Positions 19,733-26,727 of a DNA stretch of 26,727 nt are shown piece by piece. Made by a program: the position numbers and the translations under genes. Numbering within the stretch: position 1 is the stretch's first letter; each line of letters starts with the position of its first letter. Under the pieces are notes generated by a model. The model made no database searches. It saw nothing but the letters and a program-made list of their open reading frames with translations, and was not told the DNA's origin. This DNA is from an uncultured bacterium (GTDB lineage Bacteria; Cyanobacteriota; Cyanobacteriia; Thermostichales; Thermostichaceae), in assembly GCA_964581005.1 (NCBI GenBank), contig CAZONZ010000002.1:1-26727 (forward strand), in the 5' to 3' direction.

Positions 19733-21033
19733 TACTGTTTCACCATTCCTTCATAACGTTGCGAGATCAGGTAAGTCTGAACTTGCTTGACCGTTTCGAT
19801 CGCCACCCCCACCAAGATCAGCAGCGATGTTGCCCCCAATCCCTGAAACGTGGTGATCCCAGTTGCCCGTTCCACTGCTGTCGGAATAATCGCCACCGCC
19901 CCCAGGAATAATGCCCCCAGCAACGTCAAGCGATTCAAAACTCCCTCAAGATACTCAGCCGTAGCCTTCCCTGGCCGGATCCCTGGAATACTTGCCCCCA
20001 CTTTTTTGAGATTTTGAGCCACATCCACTGGATTCATGATCAGCGAAGCGTAAAAGTAGCTGAAAAACAGGATCAACGTAAAGTAGGCAATCACGTAAAA
20101 CCACGAACTGGGAGCCAGCAGATTCGCAAACTGGATCAAGAAGGTGTTTTGAGAAAACTGAGCGATCGACGCGGGCAAAAACATCACTGAGGTTGCAAAG
20201 ATGATCGGCAACACCCCCCCTTGATTCAACCGCAAGGGCAGATAGTCTTTCCGCTCCCGGAACAACTTGTTTCCCACTTGACGCTTGGCATAGACGATCG
20301 GGATCCGCCGATTCCCTTCCTGAACAAACACAATCCCGACGATCATGACCAGGAAGACAATCACCAGCAAAATGATCCCACCGATCCGACTGCTATCCGC
20401 CTGAGCCAGGTTGATCGTTTGACCCAAGGCTCGCGGCAAGCCTGCCACAATGTTGACAAAGATCAGCAGCGAAGGCCCATTGCCAATACCGCGCTCTGTG
20501 ATCACCTCACCCAACCACATCACAAACATTGAACCTGCAGCTAGAGCCACAGTAGTTGTCAGGACAAAGGCCAATCGATTGGGGTTGGTGGTGTAGTTTT
20601 GAGCCCACAAGGATAAGCCTAACCCTTGAACGATGGCCCACCCCAAGGTGACGTAGCGTGTGTATTGCGAGATCTGCCGCCGTCCCTGCTCTCCCTCATG
20701 CTTCTGCAGATTCTCCAAATAGGGAACCGCTGAGGCCAATAGCTGCATGATGATCGACGCATTGATAAACGGCAGGATCCCTAAGGTAAAGACCCCTAAG
20801 GCTGAGATACCGCCACCGGAGAAAATGTCCAATAACCCAAACACGGGGCTGTTACGCAAGTTGGCCGCAAATTCAGCTCGATCGATCCCTGGCAGAGGGA
20901 TGTAGACGCCTAAGCGGACCAGCAGCAGCAAGCCCAATGTCAGGAGAATCCGTCCCCTTAGCCCAGCAGCCTGAGCCGCTTGGAGGAAGGATGTATCTTG
21001 GTTGGAGGAGTTAGAACCGCGTGAATTGACCAT
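19732..21033 (-). CDS. secY: Preprotein translocase subunit SecY; start ATG 21033 (ORF track 21120)
   Basis: [42 protein letters not shown] and [11 protein letters not shown] motifs. Confidence 0.98.
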   Translation of the reverse strand: MVNSRGSNSSNQDTSFLQAAQAAGLRGRILLTLGLLLLVRLGVYIPLPGIDRAEFAANLRNSPVFGLLDIFSGGGISALGVFTLGILPFINASIIMQLLASAVPYLENLQKHEGEQGRRQISQYTRYVTLGWAIVQGLGLSLWAQNYTTNPNRLAFVLTTTVALAAGSMFVMWLGEVITERGIGNGPSLLIFVNIVAGLPRALGQTINLAQADSSRIGGIILLVIVFLVMIVGIVFVQEGNRRIPIVYAKRQVGNKLFRERKDYLPLRLNQGGVLPIIFATSVMFLPASIAQFSQNTFLIQFANLLAPSSWFYVIAYFTLILFFSYFYASLIMNPVDVAQNLKKVGASIPGIRPGKATAEYLEGVLNRLTLLGALFLGAVAIIPTAVERATGITTFQGLGATSLLILVGVAIETVKQVQTYLISQRYEGMVKQ

Positions 21034-21245
21034 GAGAACTGGCTCTGGATGTAAATGATCATTCCCGATCCAGTGTACTGAATCGAAACACCTTCCGCAG
21101 GATCTCGTATCAATGATCACTTAAGCAAAGCCCTTAAGCAATCGCGGGAATCCAAGGCGTAAAGGGAGTCTTGATCGTGAGGTGGAGAAGATCGTCGGAT
21201 CGGGGTAAAGTCAGCTGGTTTGAGGACATTCTGTTCAAGCCTTAC

Positions 21246-21785
21246 CTAGGGTTCATTCTGGATCGGCTCAGCTTCAGCAACTGTTTCCTCAGCCACAGAT
21301 TCCGAGGTTGAGTCAGAGTTTGCCTCCCCTCTAGCTCGGAGATCGACAATGGTCACGCTTCCTCCTGCAGCTTCGATCTTGGCCTGAGCAGAGGCCGTGA
21401 TTGCGGCAGCTTCGACCCTGAGCCGCTGAGTGATCTCCCCGTCTCCCAGGATCTTGAGTGGACCATCGTTGGTGGTTGCAATTCCAAGATCGAGCAAACT
21501 GTCCAAGGAGACCAGAGCATCTTCCGGCAGATCTACCAAGGAGCGCAGATTGATCTCGGTGTACTCCTGACGGTTGACAATGTAAAAATGCTTAAGTTTG
21601 GGGACACGCCGATACAAAGGCATTTGACCACCCTCAAACCCAGGCCGGGTACTGCCCCCTTTCCGTGCCTTTTGGCCTCGCATCCCCTTACCGCCTGAGG
21701 CTCCCTGACCGGCTGAGATCCCGCGACCTAAACGCCGCCGCCGTCGGGTTGCTCCGGGATGGGGTTGAACATCATTGATCCGCAT
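21246..21785 (-). CDS. rplO: 50S ribosomal protein L15 with acidic C-terminal extension; start ATG 21785
   Basis: [47 protein letters not shown]. Confidence 0.97.
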   Translation of the reverse strand: MRINDVQPHPGATRRRRRLGRGISAGQGASGGKGMRGQKARKGGSTRPGFEGGQMPLYRRVPKLKHFYIVNRQEYTEINLRSLVDLPEDALVSLDSLLDLGIATTNDGPLKILGDGEITQRLRVEAAAITASAQAKIEAAGGSVTIVDLRARGEANSDSTSESVAEETVAEAEPIQNEP

Positions 21786-21869
21786 TTTCCTTGCCTCTTC
21801 AACCTCTGACTGGTTTCTGGATCGGTTAGATGGATCCAAAGAACTGGATCGAACCGATCGGTTGCATCT

Positions 21870-22406
21870 CTAACGACTTTTCAACTTAGCCAGATCGATC
21901 CCGCGCTCTTCGGCTACACTTTCAAACGTCCGCATCCGCCGCAGGGCATCAACCGTGGCACGGGCATTGTTGAGTGGGTTACTCGATCCTAGCTGCTTGG
22001 CCAAACTGTTCCGCACCCCAGCCAACTCTAGAACCGTCCGGACGGCACCCCCTGCGATCACTCCGGTTCCTGGGGCGGCAGGCATGACTAAGACCGAGGC
22101 TCCACCCCCGCGTCCTTGCATCCGGTGGGGGATCGACAAACCAGAGGTCAGAGGAACATCGACTAGGTGCTTTTTGCCATCCGCAACGCCTTTACGCACA
22201 GCCCCGATCACGTCGTTGGCCTTGCCGACTCCAACGCCAACTTGACCTTGCTCATTGCCCACGACAACAACAGCTCGGAAGCTGAGTTTTTTCCCCCCTT
22301 TGACCACCTTGGTAACCCGTCGGATCTGGACGACCCGCTCTTGCCACTCTGTGGACTCGCGAGTTTCTTTCTTCTTGCCTTTGCGTCGTTCCCGTTGCTC
22401 AGCCAT
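21870..22406 (-). CDS. rpsE: 30S ribosomal protein S5
   Basis: [46 protein letters not shown]. Confidence 0.99.
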   Translation of the reverse strand: MAEQRERRKGKKKETRESTEWQERVVQIRRVTKVVKGGKKLSFRAVVVVGNEQGQVGVGVGKANDVIGAVRKGVADGKKHLVDVPLTSGLSIPHRMQGRGGGASVLVMPAAPGTGVIAGGAVRTVLELAGVRNSLAKQLGSSNPLNNARATVDALRRMRTFESVAEERGIDLAKLKSR

Positions 22407-22506
22407 GATGCTCCCCTGCCGATCCTTGATTGATTAGTCTGAAGATTGCCTGCCTCTGCTGGTGTCGTGATCGAGTTGATCGCTTAACCTGTTTGAGATG
22501 TGACCG

Positions 22507-22548
22507 TTTAGATCTTTCGCTTTAGATCTTTCGCTTTAGATCTTTCGC
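22507..22548. repeat. Tandem repeat, 3 x 14 bp TTTAGATCTTTCGC
   Basis: Three perfect adjacent copies in the rplR-rpsE spacer. Confidence 0.97.
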
Positions 22549-22593
22549 CCCCTCTCGATCATCTGGATACGTATGATCGGTCGGACCCTTTGA

Positions 22594-22677
22594 TCGGTTG
22601 TGATCTGTCGGTTGTGATCTGTCGGTTGTGATCCATCGGTTGTGATCCATCGGTTGTGATCCATCGGTTGTGATCTG
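22594..22677. repeat. Tandem repeat, 6 x 14 bp TCGGTTGTGATC(TG/CA)
   Basis: Units 1, 2 and 6 end in TG; units 3-5 end in CA; no spacers. Confidence 0.97.
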
Positions 22678-22695
22678 TTGGACTTCATAAATCCA

Positions 22696-23058
22696 TCAGA
22701 ACTCTAGACCGGCCTCACGAGCAGCCTCAGCCAGAGCTTGAACCCGACCATGATAGCGCTTACCGCCCCGATCAAAGACCACTTGCCGGATTCCTGCTTC
22801 TAAAGCCCGTTCTGCAATCGATCGGCCTACCAGAGCAGCCGCTTCCTTGTTTGTGGTGTTGGTAAATTGCTCCCGCAAGGCTCGATCCACGGTTGAGCAG
22901 GACACTAGGGTATACTGCCGTTCATCGTCGATCACCTGAGCATAGATATGCTGATGCGAACGAAACACCGCTAGACGGGGGCGATCGGGGGTGCCCATCA
23001 CTTTCCGGCGAATCCGTTTATGCCGCTGTTGGGTTGTGGTTTTACGGTTGAGTTTCAT
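22696..23058 (-). CDS. rplR: 50S ribosomal protein L18
   Basis: [46 protein letters not shown]. Confidence 0.99.
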   Translation of the reverse strand: MKLNRKTTTQQRHKRIRRKVMGTPDRPRLAVFRSHQHIYAQVIDDERQYTLVSCSTVDRALREQFTNTTNKEAAALVGRSIAERALEAGIRQVVFDRGGKRYHGRVQALAEAAREAGLEF

Positions 23059-23070
23059 GATCAGATCACC

Positions 23071-23613
23071 CTACTTTTTCTTACCAGACTTACCAGCTTT
23101 GCGACGAACAAACTCCCCAGCATAACGGATCCCTTTGCCTTTGTAGGGCTCCGGTGGGCGCATACCCCGAATCCGAGCTGCAGTGTTACCCACAATCTCC
23201 TTGTTGATCCCCGTGACAATCACGTTGACATTGGCTTCAACTTTGATGTCGATGCCGTCTGGGAAGGGGATCCTGACAGGATTGCTATAGCCCACGTTCA
23301 AGATCAAGGTTTTGCCTTCGGTAGCAGCCCGGTAGCCAACCCCCTGGATCTCTAGGCGGCGCTCGAAGCCGGTTGATACGCCCTTGACCATGTTGTCTAC
23401 AAGCGTGCGACAGAGGCCATGCATTTCGTAGGCTTTGCGGGTTTCATCGGCCCGATTGACGGTGAGAGTTTGATCGACCTGCTCCACCTTGACCTGGCGA
23501 GGCAGGCTGCGGGATAGCTCTCCTTTTGGACCCTTGACGGTCACTGTGCTGCCCTCAATCCGGACATCCACCTTGGGCGGGAGCGGAATCGGGCGTTTAC
23601 CAATCCGAGACAT
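23071..23613 (-). CDS. rplF: 50S ribosomal protein L6
   Basis: [28 protein letters not shown]. Confidence 0.99.
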   Translation of the reverse strand: MSRIGKRPIPLPPKVDVRIEGSTVTVKGPKGELSRSLPRQVKVEQVDQTLTVNRADETRKAYEMHGLCRTLVDNMVKGVSTGFERRLEIQGVGYRAATEGKTLILNVGYSNPVRIPFPDGIDIKVEANVNVIVTGINKEIVGNTAARIRGMRPPEPYKGKGIRYAGEFVRRKAGKSGKKK

Positions 23614-23667
23614 GATTAGACTCCAACTCGATCAACATGATGGGCAAGAACAGACTGAGGCCAAGCG

Positions 23668-24072
23668 CTAGTAGACATAGCACAACACCTCACCGCCGAT
23701 GCCCTGCTGGCGAGCATCTCGATCAGTCATGATCCCGTGCGAGGTTGAGATGATCGCAATGCCAATCCCCCCTAAAACGCGGGGCAATTCTTTCCGATTT
23801 TTATAAACCCGCAGACCTGGACGGCTGACCCGCTTCAGATCGGTGATGATCGGTTTGCGGCCTCGACCTTTATATTTCAACCCCAGGATCAAGTTGAGAT
23901 TGATCCCTTCGCCAGTTTCGCTCACCTCGGAGATAAAACCTTCCTCCAGCAACACTTTCGCAATACTGCGTGTCATCCGGGTTGCTGGAACGGCAACGGT
24001 GGTGTGGCGAGCCATCGTTGCATTGCGGATGCGGGTGAGCATATCAGCAATTGTGTCGTTGGTGTGGGCCAT
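23668..24072 (-). CDS. rpsH: 30S ribosomal protein S8; start ATG 24072 behind GAGG (ORF track 24198)
   Basis: [56 protein letters not shown]. Confidence 0.99.
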   Translation of the reverse strand: MAHTNDTIADMLTRIRNATMARHTTVAVPATRMTRSIAKVLLEEGFISEVSETGEGINLNLILGLKYKGRGRKPIITDLKRVSRPGLRVYKNRKELPRVLGGIGIAIISTSHGIMTDRDARQQGIGGEVLCYVY

Positions 24073-24151
24073 AGGATGGGCTACCTCATTGGGGTGTCGT
24101 GGAGTTGTTTTTTGAGTGGGGTGGTCGAATCGATCGTGTTTGGCGTTGGGT

Positions 24152-24541
24152 TCACTCAGGAACGGTTGGTCGCTGGAATGTTTTTCTCTCAAACACATGA
24201 GGGATTTCAGGATGAAGCCACAAAATACTGTTCCACGTGAGATTCAGTAGCTCCATGACTTCTTCCAAGCTAACTCTGAGATCGAAATCCTCCTGTGGGT
24301 GAACCCAGATCTCCGTTCCTTTCGGATCAGGAGCGTTTTTGTAGCTGACAAGAGCATAATGCTTACCTGATTGGGATTGAATTAAGGCACCTTGAAATTC
24401 ATCAAGCTCGTCATGTTGATCAGTGAACTCAATATGGCTTTGTCTGTTCAGATCATTGGGCAATTCCCGAACAAGAGCAATGGATAAGTCCAGTCCTGTT
24501 GGCCATTCATTCAGAGGTAGCTGAAGTTTCTGATCAAGCAT
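24152..24541 (-). CDS. Hypothetical acidic protein, candidate immunity/antitoxin
   Basis: 129-aa ATG ORF starting 3 nt after the upstream ORF stop; about 22 D/E versus about 10 K/R; mixed alpha/beta pattern; fills the rplE-rpsH gap. Confidence 0.6.
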   Translation of the reverse strand: MLDQKLQLPLNEWPTGLDLSIALVRELPNDLNRQSHIEFTDQHDELDEFQGALIQSQSGKHYALVSYKNAPDPKGTEIWVHPQEDFDLRVSLEEVMELLNLTWNSILWLHPEIPHVFERKTFQRPTVPE

Positions 24542-24544
24542 GAG

Positions 24545-24874
24545 TCACACCTGAGTATTCCGAGTCAGGATAACCTGTATCTTTGCAAAACCATCTTCGA
24601 GACGTACTCCTTCTCGTGGGCCTGACCAATCAGCACGACTAGGAGGTGTCCCAGAATCAGGTTGAAATTTTGCCATAAATTCAATTCCTCTTTTCCCCTG
24701 CGGCAACTGGCCCACATATGCCTTGACCTTAGGAAAATCACTACTGTGGGAATTGTGGGCTGGTTTTCCCCAGATCTCACCCGTTTGTTGCTGAAGTTGA
24801 GCAATTTCAGGGGTTTGTGTTGGTGATTCGCAACGATGAAATGGGCCATAAGGGTAAAGCTCCGAAGAAGACAT
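24545..24874 (-). CDS. Hypothetical protein, candidate minimal ADP-ribosyltransferase-fold toxin
   Basis: 109-aa ATG ORF 24 nt after the rplE stop, with AGGA upstream; FHR...helix...TGEIWG...VKAY...GIEF pattern. Confidence 0.55.
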   Translation of the reverse strand: MSSSELYPYGPFHRCESPTQTPEIAQLQQQTGEIWGKPAHNSHSSDFPKVKAYVGQLPQGKRGIEFMAKFQPDSGTPPSRADWSGPREGVRLEDGFAKIQVILTRNTQV

Positions 24875-24898
24875 CTTTTACGCTTGTATTCCTAAGGG

Positions 24899-25441
24899 TT
24901 AGGAGGCAAACGGCATACCAAAAGCTTTCAGTAGAGCTCGACCTTCTTCGTCGGTGAGAGCAGTCGTAATGATCGACACATCCATGCCTCGGATCTGATC
25001 GATTTTGTCGTACTCGATCTCTGGGAAGATCAACTGCTCGCGGACCCCTAAGGTGTAGTTACCATGTCCATCGAAGCTTTTCGCACTCACGCCTCGGAAG
25101 TCGCGGATCCTGGGAAGAGCCACATTCATCAGTCGATCGAGGAAAGCGTACATCCGTTCCCGTCGAAGGGTGACCATCAAGCCTACGGGCATTCCTTTCC
25201 GGATCTTGAAGCTGGCGATGGCTTTCTTGGCACGGGTGATCACGGGTCGTTGGCCTGCGATGGTGCTGATCTCGGTTACCGAAGACTCCAAGGCTTTCGC
25301 GTTTTGAGAAGCGTCGCCGAGGCCGCGATTCAAGACGATCTTGTCCAGCTTAGGCACTTGATGGATGTTTTTGTATCCCATCTCCTGCATGAGTTTGGGA
25401 ACGATCGTGTTGTGGTAGAGAGTGTAGAGACGTTGTGGCAT
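24899..25441 (-). CDS. rplE: 50S ribosomal protein L5
   Basis: [59 protein letters not shown]. Confidence 0.99.
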   Translation of the reverse strand: MPQRLYTLYHNTIVPKLMQEMGYKNIHQVPKLDKIVLNRGLGDASQNAKALESSVTEISTIAGQRPVITRAKKAIASFKIRKGMPVGLMVTLRRERMYAFLDRLMNVALPRIRDFRGVSAKSFDGHGNYTLGVREQLIFPEIEYDKIDQIRGMDVSIITTALTDEEGRALLKAFGMPFAS

Positions 25442-25611
25442 GGTGGTTTCCTTCCTGGGCTCTGGGCTTGGTCAGAGCAAGTGGACTAGAACAGGTGGGC
25501 TAGCGATCAAATGGACTCAAGTTCATCAAGAGATCTAGATCTATAAGGAGCCAAAAGCGCGAACGGTCTGGAGCCATAAACGGCTTTGTCCAGAGACACA
25601 ATGGGCATGGA

Positions 25612-26010
25612 TCAATCCAACTCTTCTCCAGTTTTTTGCAGGACGCGGACTTTCCGGCCATCTTCGTTGATCTTGAAGCTAACCCGACTGGCTACCTGGC
25701 TTTTCTTGGAGTAAAGCATCACATTTGAGACATGGATCGGAGCTTCCCGCTCGTCAATGAAGCCTGATTCTCCTTCCCGCTGAGATTTGCGGTGGCGTTT
25801 GATGATATTGACCCCATCCACAACGACCATGTTGCGATCAGGTAGCGTCATCATCACTTCTCCCACCCGTCCTTTGTCATCCCCAGAGATCACCTGGACG
25901 GTATCTCCCCGCTTAACGTGCATCTTGTAACGCAAACTGTTGCGGTGAGCTCGGATCCCTGGCTTTTTGACCAGTTCTTTGATTTGACTGGGTTTCAACC
26001 GACGTCCCAT
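25612..26010 (-). CDS. rplX: 50S ribosomal protein L24 with basic N-terminal extension (alternative start ATG 25923)
   Basis: [21 protein letters not shown] (KOW), EAPIHVSNV; TAATG coupling to the rplN stop supports the long start. Confidence 0.97.
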   Translation of the reverse strand: MGRRLKPSQIKELVKKPGIRAHRNSLRYKMHVKRGDTVQVISGDDKGRVGEVMMTLPDRNMVVVDGVNIIKRHRKSQREGESGFIDEREAPIHVSNVMLYSKKSQVASRVSFKINEDGRKVRVLQKTGEELD

Positions 26011-26378
26011 TACAGCACCTCCGGAGCCAGTGAGATGATCTTGGTGAAGTTTCGATCCCGTAATTCCCGCGCCACAGGACCGAAGACGCGAGTCCCTTTG
26101 GGATTGCCATCGTTATTGATGATCACGGCAGCGTTATCATCAAAGCGGATACTCAACCCATCGGCTCGTCGAGTGGTTTTCACCGTGCGCACAACCACGG
26201 CCCTGACAACATCAGACTTTTTGATGGGCATGTTGGGCAGAGCGTCTTTGACAACGCCAATGATCACATCCCCCACCCCTGCGTAGCGACGGCCACTTCC
26301 ACCGAGAACGCGAATACACATCAACCGCCGCGCCCCAGTATTGTCCGCTACCGTCAACATGGTCTGTTGCTGAATCAT
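26010..26378 (-). CDS. rplN: 50S ribosomal protein L14
   Basis: [45 protein letters not shown]. Confidence 0.99.
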   Translation of the reverse strand: MIQQQTMLTVADNTGARRLMCIRVLGGSGRRYAGVGDVIIGVVKDALPNMPIKKSDVVRAVVVRTVKTTRRADGLSIRFDDNAAVIINNDGNPKGTRVFGPVARELRDRNFTKIISLAPEVL

Positions 26379-26626
26379 AGTTTCTGTGCCTCCCGAATGA
26401 CTTCCATCACGAGCCAGCGCTTGGTTTTGCTCAGCGGACGAGTCTCCACGATCCGCACCCGATCGCCGATTTTGCAGCGTTCTTCCTCGTCGTGAGCCTT
26501 AAACTTTTTGGTCTGGACCACGATCTTGCCGTACTTGGGATGAGCAACCCGGTTCTCGACCGCAACCACGACGGTCTTTTGCATCTTGTCGCTAACCACT
26601 GTGCCTACTTTCTCTTTCGCCGCCAT
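26375..26626 (-). CDS. rpsQ: 30S ribosomal protein S17
   Basis: [35 protein letters not shown]. Confidence 0.99.
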   Translation of the reverse strand: MAAKEKVGTVVSDKMQKTVVVAVENRVAHPKYGKIVVQTKKFKAHDEEERCKIGDRVRIVETRPLSKTKRWLVMEVIREAQKL

Positions 26627-26629
26627 CGG

Positions 26630-26727
26630 TTACGCCTCCTGATCTGCTAAATCATCTGCAGCACTCTCGGTTGGGTTGGATCCTGTTTCAGCAGTCTCAG
26701 GTTCCCCAGGATCATGAGTCCCCTCAG
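26630..26727 (-). CDS. rpmC: 3' end of an upstream CDS, probably L29, with an acidic low-complexity tail (truncated by the window edge)
   Basis: Open frame EGTHDPGEPETAETGSNPTESAADDLADQEA* ends 3 nt before the rpsQ ATG; identity rests on S10-operon synteny only. Confidence 0.6.
   Translation of the reverse strand, partial: EGTHDPGEPETAETGSNPTESAADDLADQEA

Noticed and set aside
21786-21869. Absence of rpmD (L30) between rpsE and rplO, of rpsN in the spc operon, and of map after adk
   Set aside because: Normal for cyanobacterial S10/spc operons; not a finding in itself
22507-22677. Repeat arrays as a CRISPR locus
   Set aside because: Units are 14 bp, directly adjacent with no unique spacers, and there are no cas genes in the window
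2621-24198. Long N-terminal extensions given by the ORF track for GlgP, SecY, L15, S8 and the response regulator
   Set aside because: Downstream ATGs match family N-termini, several with clear SD sequences; the extensions are most likely artefacts of first-start calling
105-26286. Numerous antisense or alternate-frame ORFs in the track (e.g. 3302-3616, 4352-4840, 7412-7750, 8499-8891, 20221-20532, 23020-23355, 25064-25489, 25918-26286)
   Set aside because: They are shadows of well-supported genes, with no motifs or RBS

Overview
Cyanobacterial chromosomal window, roughly 50% GC and extremely rich in GATC. Left part (+ strand): ispF, an orphan family-5 ABC substrate-binding lipoprotein, a glgP-xfp pair (glycogen phosphorylase, phosphoketolase), and a DacB-type D-Ala-D-Ala carboxypeptidase coupled to a membrane-anchored GNAT. 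Middle: a six-gene minus-strand cluster (2Fe-2S ferredoxin, V4R, small hypothetical, two phycobiliprotein-fold proteins, V4R) resembling the Synechocystis slr0144-slr0152 'Pap' operon but lacking the TPR, kinase and second ferredoxin genes. It is divergent from a stand-alone phycobilisome linker-domain gene, and twin CCGTA-N4-TACGG palindromes lie between them. An orphan NarL-type response regulator follows. Right part (- strand): the S10/spc ribosomal protein operon from the tail of rpmC to infA. This operon carries two compositionally atypical passengers. One is a two-gene module between rplE and rpsH that looks like a minimal ADP-ribosyltransferase-fold toxin plus an acidic immunity protein; this is the best candidate for an undescribed system. 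The other is a type II R-M pair placed 35 bp after infA, where rpmJ-rpsM-rpsK-rpoA normally follow. All family calls come from recognising motifs by eye; no database searches were run.
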